A stretch of DNA of 64,000 bases from Planctomycetales bacterium (GCA_037441675.1 JBBIRS010000002.1:263249-327248); one strand, 5' to 3'. Shown: positions 40,719 to 51,299, counted from the first letter of the stretch. Numbers and translations are program-made. The notes: generated by a model not told the origin, from the letters alone.

Positions 40719-42089
40719 TTAAAGCACTGCAAAATACCTCTTGAGCTCCCATTCGGTCACTCGAGACTGAAATTCAGCCCATTCCGCATACTTTAACTCA
40801 AGAAATAGATCGGTAAGCCTTTCTCCCAACACTTCCTTTACTAATTCGCTCTTCTTAACAAAATGAAGAGCCTCATGGAGGTTGGCAGGCAAACTTCTTA
40901 TACCTCTTCTGGCGCGCTCTAATTCCGTTAGCTCGTAAAGGTTCTCCATCACGGGTGGTTCTAGGTCTAATTCTTCTTCAATCCCTTTTAGACCTGCTGC
41001 GAGCATCAAGGCAAAGGCGAAGTAAAAATTACATGCGGGATCAGCGCATCTCAACTCACAACGGACACTGCTTTTCTTGCCTGGAACATAAGCTGGAACG
41101 CGAATGAGCGCGCTTCTATTTACCGGGCTCCAGGCAATGTAGACAGGCGCTTCAAATCCTGGAACAAGCCTCTTGTATGAATTTACATACTGCGCGAGAA
41201 ATGCGGTGATTTCGTGGCCATATTTCAATAGACCAGCGATGAAGTTCTTGGCAACACTGGAAAGATGAAACTCGTCTTCCTCGTCGAAGAATGCGTTCTC
41301 ACCATCCTTAAACAAGGACTGATGTACATGCATCCCACTGCCGTTCACCCCGTATAAAGGTTTCGGCATATAAGTAATGTAGCAACCATGACACCTGGCT
41401 ATCTGCTTAGCAATTGTTTTATAAGTAATCGCATTATCCGCCATGGTCATTGCATCCGCATAACGCAGGTCAATTTCGTGTTGGCTTGGAGCGACTTCAT
41501 GATGGTGGTACTCAACCGCTACACCCATCTTTCTAAGTGAGGCAATAATATCCGTTCTAAGTTTGCTTGCTGCGTCCACTGGTGGGCTGGTGAAGTAAGT
41601 TCCAAAGTCAATTGGTTCAGGTGGTAGCTCAGGAGACTTAAAAACGAAGAATTCAAGCTCTGGACCACAATAGTATGTGTAGCCTAGCCTTTTCGCTTTA
41701 TCAAGTTGCCTTCGTAGAATAAGTCTTGGGTCATGTTCGTAGGGAGAACCATCCGGGTTCCGAATATCGGCGAATAACCTAGCAGAAATTTCCTCTCCGG
41801 GAAGAGTAGGGAGAATTGCAAAAGTTGAGACATCTGCAAATGCGGTTAGATCGCTTTCCTCAATTGCGTTAAAACCTGTAATACTACTACCATCAAAGTT
41901 CATACCAACCGTTGTGGCACGCTCTAGCTCGCTTGGTGTTATTGCAAAGCTTTTTAGTTTTCCCTCTAAATCCACAAACCATAGCCAAATTACGGTAACC
42001 TTTTCCCGTTCAACAATTTCAAAAACTTCCTCCCTTGTAAGAGTTTTTCTCTCATCCGTTTTCACATCCTTTGTAATTACTTTAGACAC
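40719..42089 (-). CDS. glnA: Glutamine synthetase, type I family
   Basis: FDGSSITGF, GPELEF, HHEVAPSQHE, MPKP..GVNGSGMHVHQSL, NSYKRLVPGFEAP, NRSALIRVP, ELR. Confidence 0.93.
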   Translation of the reverse strand: MSKVITKDVKTDERKTLTREEVFEIVEREKVTVIWLWFVDLEGKLKSFAITPSELERATTVGMNFDGSSITGFNAIEESDLTAFADVSTFAILPTLPGEEISARLFADIRNPDGSPYEHDPRLILRRQLDKAKRLGYTYYCGPELEFFVFKSPELPPEPIDFGTYFTSPPVDAASKLRTDIIASLRKMGVAVEYHHHEVAPSQHEIDLRYADAMTMADNAITYKTIAKQIARCHGCYITYMPKPLYGVNGSGMHVHQSLFKDGENAFFDEEDEFHLSSVAKNFIAGLLKYGHEITAFLAQYVNSYKRLVPGFEAPVYIAWSPVNRSALIRVPAYVPGKKSSVRCELRCADPACNFYFAFALMLAAGLKGIEEELDLEPPVMENLYELTELERARRGIRSLPANLHEALHFVKKSELVKEVLGERLTDLFLELKYAEWAEFQSRVTEWELKRYFAVL

Positions 42090-42369
42090 AGTTTATCCCT
42101 CCAAATATTCATAGTTTTCACTGAATAAAAATCAACCACAAATTTACCAGCGTGGTAGTAAATCAGCAAGAAGAAGCTAGGCTCACAAAATTTAATTTTA
42201 TATGTAGACAAAAATGGGGAAAAAATGCTATAAGTTATATTTCCCCCGTTTTCTTGATTTTCATAAATCCCGCAATTTAATCTCTTCACCACGTTCACCA
42301 TTTTGTGTTAACCTGTTCCAGCACCGCATAAAATATTTAAGTTTCGTTATAGGTTAGAATTAACTTACC

Positions 42370-42828
42370 TTGTCAGGTGAGAAGGTCAATATTGTAAACA
42401 GAAAGGCTCGCTTCAATTTTGAAATTCTTGAAAAGATTGAAGCTGGGTTAGTGCTGGAGGGTGCGGAAGTCAAGTCAATTCGCGCAGGCAAGATCTCACT
42501 TGCGGAGGCATACTGCAAATTTAGGGATACAGAGCTTTACCTCCTTGATTGTCACATATCCCCATATGAGCGGGCGTCCACGCACAAAAGCATTTCTCCC
42601 ACTAAGCCACGAAAAATTCTTTTACGGAAAACTCAACTCAGGAGGCTCTTGGGAAAGGTCACGGAGCGGGGACTTACAATTATCCCCCTGAGGGTGTATA
42701 ATGTCAGACACTTAATCAAAATCGAGATTGCTCTTGCACGCGGAAAGAAAAAGCTTGATAAGCGTGAGGAGATAAAGAAAAGGGACTTGGAACGCGAAGT
42801 TAGAAGGTTTGGCAAGTTCCTTGCGTAG
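42370..42828 (+). CDS. smpB: SsrA-binding protein SmpB
   Basis: NRKARFNFEI, EAGLVLEGAEVKSIR, RKILL, GLTIIPL, ARGKKKLDKRE. Confidence 0.97.
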   Translation: MSGEKVNIVNRKARFNFEILEKIEAGLVLEGAEVKSIRAGKISLAEAYCKFRDTELYLLDCHISPYERASTHKSISPTKPRKILLRKTQLRRLLGKVTERGLTIIPLRVYNVRHLIKIEIALARGKKKLDKREEIKKRDLEREVRRFGKFLA

Positions 42829-42848
42829 CAGGTGTGGTGTTTATCTAA

Positions 42849-43664
42849 ATGGATTGGAAGTTGGACTCTAGGCATCCGATTGGCTTATTTGACAGCGGAG
42901 TAGGTGGATTTACTGTACTTAAGGAACTCAAGCATATTCTGCCGAATGAGCAATTCATTTACTTTGGCGATACAAGGAATCTGCCGTATGGAGATAAATC
43001 TCCAGAGATAATTCACAACTGGGCAACAAATTCCATAAAATTCCTTTTAAGACTAAAGGTAAAAGCGATTGTCGTTGCCTGCAATATAAGTAGTAGTGTT
43101 CTTACCAAAGAGGAGCTTACCGCTATACCGGTACCTGTCTTTACGTTAATTGAATACGGTGCGAAGCGTGCAGTGGAGGTTACTAGATTAAAAAAGGTCG
43201 GCGTCCTAGCGACGATGGCGACGGTTCAAACCCGCTCTTATGAGCGTGTCCTTTCCTCCCTTGATAATGGCATTGAAGTTGTTCAATCCGCCTGCCCAAA
43301 GTTCGTTCCAATGATTGAGAGCGGTAAGCTCGCCACAAAGGAGATTGAAGCAACCGTCAGAGAGTACCTTACTCCCATTACCGAATCGGGAGCGGATGCC
43401 ATTATCTACGGCTGTTCCCACTATCCTTTGCTCTCACGGGTGATTGAGAAGTACGTAAATGGTGCAGTCCTCATTGACCCCGCGGTTGAGGTAGCAAAAG
43501 CGGTTAAGGAGAAACTATCGGAAATTCCTGCGCTTCGAACGGATCCTCCACATCCTGACGTCTTCTTTGTAAGCAAGATTACTGAAAACTTCCTCTCAAC
43601 TGCAAAAACATTCCTCGGACAAGATATCAGTGGACACACTCTTGAATGGATTGTGAATGAGTAG
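42849..43664 (+). CDS. murI: Glutamate racemase
   Basis: FDSGVGG, PYGDKS, VACN, GCSHYPLL (two catalytic Cys). Confidence 0.95.
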   Translation: MDWKLDSRHPIGLFDSGVGGFTVLKELKHILPNEQFIYFGDTRNLPYGDKSPEIIHNWATNSIKFLLRLKVKAIVVACNISSSVLTKEELTAIPVPVFTLIEYGAKRAVEVTRLKKVGVLATMATVQTRSYERVLSSLDNGIEVVQSACPKFVPMIESGKLATKEIEATVREYLTPITESGADAIIYGCSHYPLLSRVIEKYVNGAVLIDPAVEVAKAVKEKLSEIPALRTDPPHPDVFFVSKITENFLSTAKTFLGQDISGHTLEWIVNE

Positions 43665-43707
43665 GGCAATTGGCTCAGGAGCTTCGGAGCTTTCACAAAA
43701 GCACTAT

Positions 43708-44193
43708 CTAACCTTCCCTATAGCTTACACCAAAACCGCCAAGGGGATACTTCCAGTAAACTCCACCAGGCAGGCAAGCAACTCTACAAGTTCCGCACTC
43801 TACACAACCTTCATAATCAACGTGAATGTTGCCTTCCGCATCCTTTGAGTATCTCTGCGTTGGACAGACAATCAAGCACCACTGGCCTGGACACTTCCTG
43901 CAAATCTCGTTATCCACAATTAGATGCGGGTCGCCTTCCCGTGTAACAAACTTAGTCCTGCCGAGCTTATCCTCAAGGGTGAGTTTCTCATATGGTAGGC
44001 TTTCTATAGGTGAAAGAAGGACTTTTTTACTCTCATTTACGCGAATATTCACCTCGCCTATCGGTTGACAGGGGGCGAATGCGTTTATATCTGCCTGTGG
44101 AACGCCTCTAATTGCACCCTGTCCTCCCTTCCCAAGCTCAGCATTATTCTTCTCTATAAGTTCCTTTGAAAGCTCAAGTTTATCTTGGGGCAT
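43708..44193 (-). CDS. fixX: FixX-like ferredoxin with an N-terminal extension
   Basis: PHLIV, C-x2-C-x4-C-x3-CP, GCVECGTCRVAC, WKYPLGGFGVSYREG. Confidence 0.82.
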   Translation of the reverse strand: MPQDKLELSKELIEKNNAELGKGGQGAIRGVPQADINAFAPCQPIGEVNIRVNESKKVLLSPIESLPYEKLTLEDKLGRTKFVTREGDPHLIVDNEICRKCPGQWCLIVCPTQRYSKDAEGNIHVDYEGCVECGTCRVACLPGGVYWKYPLGGFGVSYREG

Positions 44194-44484
44194 ATCTCAT
44201 TTCTCCATTAAGCCTTTCTTCATAATACCACGAGCATCGGAAAATGATGTGAAACACTTAATAATCGAGAAGTAACTGCACCTCAGTTATTAAGAGAACT
44301 TGTATAGCAAGTAGTCCGCAGACAGTAGAAATTGAAATAGTTATCGGTGGCGAACTCAATTTACACCAACCTTTCCCGTGCCGAACTGATTAGGCTCAAC
44401 TATCTTGCAAGAAAGTTAAAAGGCATATGGGGACTGCTCGCACAGGGCACCGGTAAATCCATTAGGGAGAAGAGCAAAGCTTAC

Positions 44485-46635
44485 CTAGTCATGAAAGGCG
44501 TAGAGAAAACCATCGTGACTTCCAATGTATAGCGTACCATCCGGAGCTATCGCACCACTTGAAACTATCTGCTTTCCAGTCTCGTAACTCCATTTAAGTG
44601 AGCCGTCAGGATCAATCGCATACACCTTGTAATCCCAGCAGCCAAAGTATATAGTTCCATCAGCGCCGATAGTGGGGCTTGATTCAACGTCTGCAGGCCA
44701 TGTTATATATCTCCATTTCAGCGTACCGTCGGGATTCAAGGCAAGGAGTCCGTGCCGTCGTCCATGGATGTCCTCCGTTCCAATGTAAATCGTCCCGTCC
44801 TCACCAATTGCGGGGCTAGAAGTGATTTCTCCATAGTTATCCTCGTAGCTCCACTTAATTTCTCCATCTGGGGATACCGCATAAACGCCAAAGTTTTGGT
44901 ACAAGTCGTCCCACTTAGCGCCAATATAAATGGTTCCATCGGGACCAATAGCTGGACTTGAACCATCAATTATCTGAAGCCAGAGCCTCCATTTCAAACT
45001 GCCATCAGGATTGAAAGCGTAAAGGTAACCATCGTAAGAACCCTCGTATATGGTGCCGTCATCCGCAATCGCTGGCGAAGAAATTATCCAAGCGCCCGTT
45101 AGGTACCTCCACTTTTCAGAGCCGTCAGGATTCAAGGCATAGAAGTACCCTGCATCATCACCAAAGTAAATTGTTCCATCCACACCAATAGCAGGGCTCG
45201 ATTCAATTGCCTGCACAGCTTCAAAGGTCCACTTTACCGTTCCATCTGGGTTTAAGGCGTAAAGCTTATGATCCCATGAACCAAAATAAATTGTGCACTC
45301 AGGCGCAAGGGCTGCAGTGCTGTAAACAAGGTATGGCAAGGAAAACTGCCACTTAAGGGTCCCGTCCGGATTTACAGCGTAAAAGTATGGTTCATAGCCA
45401 TAGCTACCAAAATAAACTGTACCATCGTGACCAATAACTGGACTTGCACCGATGCTGTCTGCAGCTTGAAATGCCCACTTCAAGGTCGGGGTCTGAGGAC
45501 CCAAAAAGGGACTTCTTCTAGTGTGTTTACGGTCGTGACCAAACATCCACCAATCTCCACAGGTCACTTCGCTAACTGGAAAAACCACAATACTCCTAAA
45601 AATGGAAGAAGATAACATCTGATTGTCAGTAACTCTCAACTTAGGCGAATATGTGCCTGGAGTGTCATATGTAAACTCTACGCTGGAAAGAAATTCTCCT
45701 TCTAAATCCCAAGTGTCGTCACCCTGTAAATCCCATTCGTATTTAACAATTGTGCCATCTGGGTCATAGCTTCCGCTTGCGTCAAAATTCACTGTAAGTG
45801 GCACAACGCCCGAAGCAGGCTCAGCAGTGAGAATTGCAACGGGTGGCGAATTCTCCGGTGGTGGGACTTGCACTGGATCACTCCGCGAGTTTAGAGACAT
45901 CTCGCCCCGGAAGTCCTTTGGCGCAACAAGAATATAATCTCCCACATTCAGCGAAAGGGTCATGGAAAATCTTTTTCTTCCTTCACCGCTCGCAGCGCTT
46001 AGCGGCACGTAAGCAACCTCAGAAAATGACCCCTCAGGAGATGAGCCTCTTTGAACGCTGTAACCAGAGCACTGAGCAAAGAAGTTTAATGCGATAGGAG
46101 CAATGTCACTGATATTGATTACTCTGTCCTCGTTACCATCGATCCATTCATTATTCTGAGAAGTAGTCATTAAGAAATTTGAAGCCAGAGGTGCAATATC
46201 ACTGATATCAACGGTCCCATCTTGATTGTAATCACCTACGTTTCTATAGCTCCACCTTAGGATATAGCTCCCGCCTGAGGCTGGTATAACCTCAAGATCA
46301 GAAACCACGCCAAAGTCGCCTTTGGGTGGAGAAGCCACGAACCTCGTCTTACCGGAAGCAAAGAGCTCTTCCCTTAGTGCGGAGAGAAGTGAAAGGACGA
46401 TAACATCACCACCACTTGTCGATTCTTGCAGTCTAATTTTCTCGTCTAGATCATCTAGAGCTATCTCAGTCACCGCCGAAGAATTTTCTTCCGTCGGGTT
46501 AGTATTTGCAGGCAAATTACCCAAGCCTGGTTGTGTAAACCTTGACGTGTAGCGGTTTGTGGCGCCTTTACCACACGATACCGCAAGCATTAGACAAAGC
46601 AATAAATACTTGATAGAGTTCTTTCGTAAGCTCAT
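44485..46635 (-). CDS. Lipoprotein with dockerin-like, PKD and 8-bladed PQQ/BamB-like beta-propeller domains
   Basis: Lipobox LAVSC; GDYNQDGTVDISD...DGNEDRVINISD; PKD (VPLTVNFDASGSYDPDGTIVKYEWD); eight SSPAIxxDGTIYxG...YALNPDGxxKW repeats. Confidence 0.85.
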   Translation of the reverse strand: MSLRKNSIKYLLLCLMLAVSCGKGATNRYTSRFTQPGLGNLPANTNPTEENSSAVTEIALDDLDEKIRLQESTSGGDVIVLSLLSALREELFASGKTRFVASPPKGDFGVVSDLEVIPASGGSYILRWSYRNVGDYNQDGTVDISDIAPLASNFLMTTSQNNEWIDGNEDRVINISDIAPIALNFFAQCSGYSVQRGSSPEGSFSEVAYVPLSAASGEGRKRFSMTLSLNVGDYILVAPKDFRGEMSLNSRSDPVQVPPPENSPPVAILTAEPASGVVPLTVNFDASGSYDPDGTIVKYEWDLQGDDTWDLEGEFLSSVEFTYDTPGTYSPKLRVTDNQMLSSSIFRSIVVFPVSEVTCGDWWMFGHDRKHTRRSPFLGPQTPTLKWAFQAADSIGASPVIGHDGTVYFGSYGYEPYFYAVNPDGTLKWQFSLPYLVYSTAALAPECTIYFGSWDHKLYALNPDGTVKWTFEAVQAIESSPAIGVDGTIYFGDDAGYFYALNPDGSEKWRYLTGAWIISSPAIADDGTIYEGSYDGYLYAFNPDGSLKWRLWLQIIDGSSPAIGPDGTIYIGAKWDDLYQNFGVYAVSPDGEIKWSYEDNYGEITSSPAIGEDGTIYIGTEDIHGRRHGLLALNPDGTLKWRYITWPADVESSPTIGADGTIYFGCWDYKVYAIDPDGSLKWSYETGKQIVSSGAIAPDGTLYIGSHDGFLYAFHD

Positions 46636-47061
46636 TTGTCATACCTCTTGCATTATTATTTTTCAAGTACACTCCCTAATCGCTTTAAGAGCAACTATTA
46701 CAGCTCCTTCAGAAACTCGCTTCCCGATAATATCCTTTATAAAAAACCTCATAAATATCCAATTAGCATTAACTTTTTGGAAACCAGTTGAGAATGCGTC
46801 CAAGTATATCATAACTCGCTCTATATTTTACCGATTTTGGAGCGTGTTTTGCCTATGATTTACCCTTTTGGGGGAATTGAAAAGGTAAAACTGTGTCTTG
46901 AGCGCTACCAACCTTGCAAATTCACTTAGTGCTAGCTTGGTAAAGGTTTCCTGCTGAATAACGCGATGTGAAGCTCAAACTATCTGAACGTGCTTGATGA
47001 AAGCAAGCTCTACATTGGCGGATAAGTCCTTTTCAAATGCATAATAGAGGGCGAGATGAGA

Positions 47062-48411
47062 CTAGCCTTTTGGTGGGAAGAGAAACCACTTAGGGTCAAT
47101 GCCTAGAACTTTTTTCATCAAGCCAAGGCTCGCAATGCCTGCCTTCACGAGGGGAACCTTCTTTCTGAATTCGCTCGCCATCTGCCTTAAATATTTCTCC
47201 TTTGCCTCGCCTCTCACCGTGAAATAACTTCGCGCTAGGGTTATTAATGCATCTGGGTAAACTCCGAGAAACTCACGATGTTTGTGGATAAAGCTAGATA
47301 CATCCTTAAACATTTTCATATCCGGAAGGACGAATGAATTCTTCAGCCTTAAATGGTAGGATGAAAGAGTGGCTTCGGAAAAATCGCCCTTCTCTTTAGC
47401 CTCAATAATTGTTTCCGCAGCGCACTTTCCGCTGGCAGTAGCGTAATTCGTGCCCTCGTGATATAGGGATGTATTAATGAAGCCAGCCGCATCCCCAACC
47501 ACTAGATAGCCGTTACCGTAGTACTTGAAAAACTTCTTATAGCCATACTCAGGAATCATATGTGCGGAGTACTCCTCGAGCTTAGCACCAGCTAGAATCC
47601 CCTTAATATCAGGATGGCTCTTGAAGTAATCAAGGATATTATAAGGGGTTACCTTTTCTCGCAGTAAGTCACCAATATTGACGCCGATACCAATGGAAAT
47701 TGAATCTTTATTTGTATAGATAAAGCCACCACCAACCATTCCCATACATGCGCCAGTTCCGAGACACTCCATAGAAATGCCATCACCAGGCTCAAGACAG
47801 AACCGCTCCTCAATCGTCTGCGCGGGTAGAGACCAAACCTCCTTGGCAGCAGTAACCATTTCATCAGGCGTAAATGGTTTTCTTAAGCCCATTCTTTCTG
47901 TTAAAAAGGAGTTAGCACCCTCCGCAATGACAACAACGTCGCCGTAAACTTCGCCTTCCTCACGGCGGACCTTAACACCTACTACCCTGCCATTTCTCCA
48001 TATCACGTCATCAACGACAGTCTCATTTATAATGAAGGCACCCTCTTCTTCCGCTTTACTTGCATACCACCTGTCAAATTTGCCACGTAGAACTGTGAAT
48101 GAATGATTAAAAGGTGGTTCCGCAAACTCGCGAAAGGACATTTCAATTTTGAGGGAAGAGTCCTTTGATAAAAAGGCAAATGCACGTTTTATAACCGGTC
48201 TTTCGAGTGGCGCCACTTCAAAGAAATTAGGCAGAAGTTCATTTATCACAGGGGTATAAATAATTCCACCGGAGAGATTCTTAGAGCCTGGATACTCTCC
48301 ACGCTCAAAGACCACTACCGATAGTCCCGCGCGAGCGCAGACTAGAGCGCAAGTTATCCCTGCCAAACCCGCACCAACGATTATCACGTCAAATTTCTCT
48401 TCTGAAGACAT
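47062..48411 (-). CDS. fixC: FixC-family FAD-dependent oxidoreductase (ETF:quinone oxidoreductase-like)
   Basis: VGAGLAG, ERGEYPGSKNLSGG, FTVLRGKFDRW, GGGFIYTNKDSISIG, EYSAHMIPE, VGDAAG. Confidence 0.9.
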   Translation of the reverse strand: MSSEEKFDVIIVGAGLAGITCALVCARAGLSVVVFERGEYPGSKNLSGGIIYTPVINELLPNFFEVAPLERPVIKRAFAFLSKDSSLKIEMSFREFAEPPFNHSFTVLRGKFDRWYASKAEEEGAFIINETVVDDVIWRNGRVVGVKVRREEGEVYGDVVVIAEGANSFLTERMGLRKPFTPDEMVTAAKEVWSLPAQTIEERFCLEPGDGISMECLGTGACMGMVGGGFIYTNKDSISIGIGVNIGDLLREKVTPYNILDYFKSHPDIKGILAGAKLEEYSAHMIPEYGYKKFFKYYGNGYLVVGDAAGFINTSLYHEGTNYATASGKCAAETIIEAKEKGDFSEATLSSYHLRLKNSFVLPDMKMFKDVSSFIHKHREFLGVYPDALITLARSYFTVRGEAKEKYLRQMASEFRKKVPLVKAGIASLGLMKKVLGIDPKWFLFPPKG

Positions 48412-48654
48412 ATTGGCAGGTATTTTACACGAACACGTAATAAGTAGCCTCTATCTAAGCCATACTAAGATGTGCTTAGAAAAACTGGAATAAAAAGTTC
48501 TAAAAATGGCTATCTCCCCGCACATCACGTGAGAAGAACCAAGCAACACTTAATGCTAATAAATTAAGAAGTATTCTCCTCAAGAAATTCGCCTTGCGAA
48601 ATGTCATAGATGCAATGAATTCGGATTCTAAAGATTTGCAATCCTTAGGAGTTA

Positions 48655-48683
48655 TTGACCTTTAGTAATTGAAGGCATATACT
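48655..48683 (+). promoter_or_regulatory. Sigma70-type promoter of purB (leaderless geometry)
   Basis: TTGACC (48655-48660), 17-nt spacer, TATACT (48678-48683), then 7 nt to the GTG start. Confidence 0.6.
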
Positions 48684-48690
48684 CAACTCC

Positions 48691-50013
48691 GTGATTAAAC
48701 GCTACTCTGGTGAAAGGATTAGCAGGATTTTCTCTGATGATTATAGATATAAGCTTTGGCTTAAGATTGAGCTTGCAGTAACCGAGGCTTGGGCAAAGGA
48801 AGGGCGGATACCTGAAGCTAGCTATAGAAGTATAAAGAAGCTCGCTCGCTATTCTCCTTTACGAATCAGGGAATTGGAGAGAACACTAGAACATGAGGTT
48901 ATTGCCTTCACAACAAGTGTTTCTGAATCATTTAAGAAAGCTAAGTCCCCTACTTTATCCCGCTACTTCCACCTTGGATTAACAAGCTCTGACGTAATGG
49001 ATACCGCGCTTTCGCTCCAGATCAAAGAAGCCTTTTCCTTAATACTTCATCAGCTGGAAGTTTTATTAGAAACCATCAAGAAGCTTGCGATAGAACATAA
49101 ATACACATTGATGATAGGCAGAACGCATGGGATACATGCGGAGCCGATTACATTCGGCTTGAAAGCGCTTATATGGCTCAAAGAGATTGAGCGAGCGAAA
49201 ATGCGCCTTGAATTTGCGCGTGAAGAAACCTGCTTCGGGAAAATTTCTGGTGCAGTAGGGAATTATGCACATATACCACCTTCAGTGGAAGAATACGCAC
49301 TTAGAAAGATTGGACTAAAGCCCTCGCCCGTTTCTAACCAAATAATTCAGCGTGATAGGCATGCTTCTACTTTATGTGCTCTTGCCATTTTGGCTGGTTC
49401 ACTGGAAAAGATTGCTTTGGAGATAAGAAACCTACAAAGAACAGAGATTGGGGAAGTATTTGAACCATTTGGCAAGGGCCAAAAGGGCTCTTCCGCTATG
49501 CCTCATAAGAGAAATCCAGTTCTTTGCGAGAGAATGAGCGGGCTTGCAAGGCTTATGCGCGCTTATGCTCACGTTGCCTTGGATAATCAACCAACTTGGC
49601 ACGAGAGGGATATCTCCCATAGCAGTGCGGAAAGGGTCGCAATCGCGGACGCTTTCATTCTCGCGGATTATATGCTTTCAAAGATGAATTACATTCTTTC
49701 CGGACTTGAAGTTGACCCAGTGAGGATGAAAAAAAATTTGGAAGCGACAAGAGGACAAATTTACTCTCAAAGGGTTCTTCTCGCGCTTACTGAAAAGGGT
49801 CTCAGTCGAGAAGAAGCGTATAGGATTGTGCAATCCACTGCTATTGAAGCGGTGAAATCAGGTAAGCATTTGTCATCAGTCCTAAAGGCTAATAAAGTAG
49901 TCAGAGAGCTCCTGACTAGCCGGGAAATTTTGAGGCTTTTTGACCCTAAGCCTTATCTGGTTCATATAGATGAAATATTTTCACGCGCTCTCTCAAGTGG
50001 GGACGATAAATAA
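48691..50013 (+). CDS. purB: Adenylosuccinate lyase
   Basis: MIKRYS, HLGLTSSD, GRTHGIHAEP, GSSAMPHKRNP, HERDISHSSAER. Confidence 0.97.
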   Translation: MIKRYSGERISRIFSDDYRYKLWLKIELAVTEAWAKEGRIPEASYRSIKKLARYSPLRIRELERTLEHEVIAFTTSVSESFKKAKSPTLSRYFHLGLTSSDVMDTALSLQIKEAFSLILHQLEVLLETIKKLAIEHKYTLMIGRTHGIHAEPITFGLKALIWLKEIERAKMRLEFAREETCFGKISGAVGNYAHIPPSVEEYALRKIGLKPSPVSNQIIQRDRHASTLCALAILAGSLEKIALEIRNLQRTEIGEVFEPFGKGQKGSSAMPHKRNPVLCERMSGLARLMRAYAHVALDNQPTWHERDISHSSAERVAIADAFILADYMLSKMNYILSGLEVDPVRMKKNLEATRGQIYSQRVLLALTEKGLSREEAYRIVQSTAIEAVKSGKHLSSVLKANKVVRELLTSREILRLFDPKPYLVHIDEIFSRALSSGDDK

Positions 50014-50255
50014 ATATTCATCAAATGCTTAAAATTTTCACTTATACCCTCTCGTGTCAATTTCATTACTAGATTCTGAAACTTTCTAGCGTTGATAATG
50101 TAAAATCAAACAAATGAGTCAGTAAAAGAGTAGCCTCAGGCGTGGAACATTTATTGATAAGATTAACTCTTGTGGATTTTGCCCTGAGTTCATCAATAGC
50201 TTATAATAATTTTTTTATATTGAAATTTTGAAACCAAATTACTAGGTTAAACAAA

Positions 50256-50963
50256 ATGCAAAAAATTAGACTTCTCTACGAGGGAAAAGCGAAAAGGCTC
50301 TATGAGACTAATGACCCTGATCTGCTAATTATGGAATTTAAGGATTCCCTAACCGCCTTTGATGGAACCAAAAAAGATCAGATGACCGGGAAAGGAGAGT
50401 GGAACAATCAAATCTCTGCTTCCATTTTTACCTTTCTTAACGAGAATAATGTGTCTACGCATTTTATTGAAAAGCTATCAGCTCGTGAGTCTCTTGTTAA
50501 GCATCTTAAAATGGTTGCGCTGGAGCAAGTATGTAGAAATTTTTCGGCAGGCTCAATTGCTAAACGCACTGGTTTAGAAGAAGGAACTCCCTTCAAGCAT
50601 CCGGTGATTGAATACCACTATAAGTCTGACGAGCTTCACGATCCTCTATACACTGAAGAGCTGATTTCTGCCTTGGAGCTCGCTACAAAAAGCGAAATGT
50701 TGAAGTTCAGAGAACTGGGGCTTAGAGTTAATGATTTGCTAAGTGACTTTATGGAACGTCGTGGAATTATTCTTGTAGACTTCAAGTTGGAATTTGGATA
50801 TACCAGACAGGGAGAGCTATGTGTTGGGGATGAAATCACACCGGATACTTGCAGGCTGTGGGACAAAAAAAGCCTAGATAAGCTAGATAAGGACCGTTTT
50901 AGAAGAGATTTGGGTGGAGTAGCTGACGCATATCAGGAAGTTCTTTCAAGGTTAAGCGCGTGA
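50256..50963 (+). CDS. purC: SAICAR synthetase
   Basis: LYEGKAK, YKSDELHDP, LVDFKLEFG, DEITPDTCRLWD, LDKDRFRRDLG. Confidence 0.97.
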   Translation: MQKIRLLYEGKAKRLYETNDPDLLIMEFKDSLTAFDGTKKDQMTGKGEWNNQISASIFTFLNENNVSTHFIEKLSARESLVKHLKMVALEQVCRNFSAGSIAKRTGLEEGTPFKHPVIEYHYKSDELHDPLYTEELISALELATKSEMLKFRELGLRVNDLLSDFMERRGIILVDFKLEFGYTRQGELCVGDEITPDTCRLWDKKSLDKLDKDRFRRDLGGVADAYQEVLSRLSA

Positions 50964-51235
50964 AGTTTACAGGAAAAGTCTACGTAATGCCTAGAAAGGA
51001 TCTGCTAGACCCTCAGGGTGGAGCTATTAAGAGCGCACTTCACCAGCTTGGTTTTAAGAGCGTAACTGATGTTCGTGTTGGTAAGGAAATTGATATCGTT
51101 TTTGAAGCAGATGATGGTGATACTGCTATTTCACTATTAAATGATATCTGTGAAAAGCTTTTGGTTAATCCCATTACGGAAGACTTTGATTACCTTGTCC
51201 TGACGCAAGATGAAGAGGAAGGTGAAAATAGTTAA
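50960..51235 (+). CDS. purS: FGAM synthase subunit PurS
   Basis: LLDPQGGAI, VRVGK, CEKLLVNPITE; overlaps the purC stop codon. Confidence 0.93.
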   Translation: MKFTGKVYVMPRKDLLDPQGGAIKSALHQLGFKSVTDVRVGKEIDIVFEADDGDTAISLLNDICEKLLVNPITEDFDYLVLTQDEEEGENS

Positions 51236-51299
51236 TTGCATGCAGATGTAATAGGCGTTCAGTCTCAGTGAATTCCTCATTAAGTGTAAATATTGAAAA

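Noticed and set aside
42210..42255. Imperfect inverted repeat (GGGGAAA...TTTCCCC) upstream of glnA
   Set aside because: No match to GlnR/TnrA or glutamine riboswitch patterns that I can support; it may be chance.
44300..44480. Possible four-helix-bundle (IVP-like) gene remnant / 61-aa ORF 44347-44532
   Set aside because: The similarity is too faint, and the ORF overlaps the convergent propeller gene.
44485..45550. Periodic ~120-bp repeats
   Set aside because: Explained by the coding of beta-propeller blades; no reverse transcriptase or template repeat suggests a diversity-generating retroelement.
50014..50255. Purine or ZTP riboswitch upstream of purC
   Set aside because: The conserved aptamer nucleotides were not found; only a short CTCAGG/CCTGAG complement is present.
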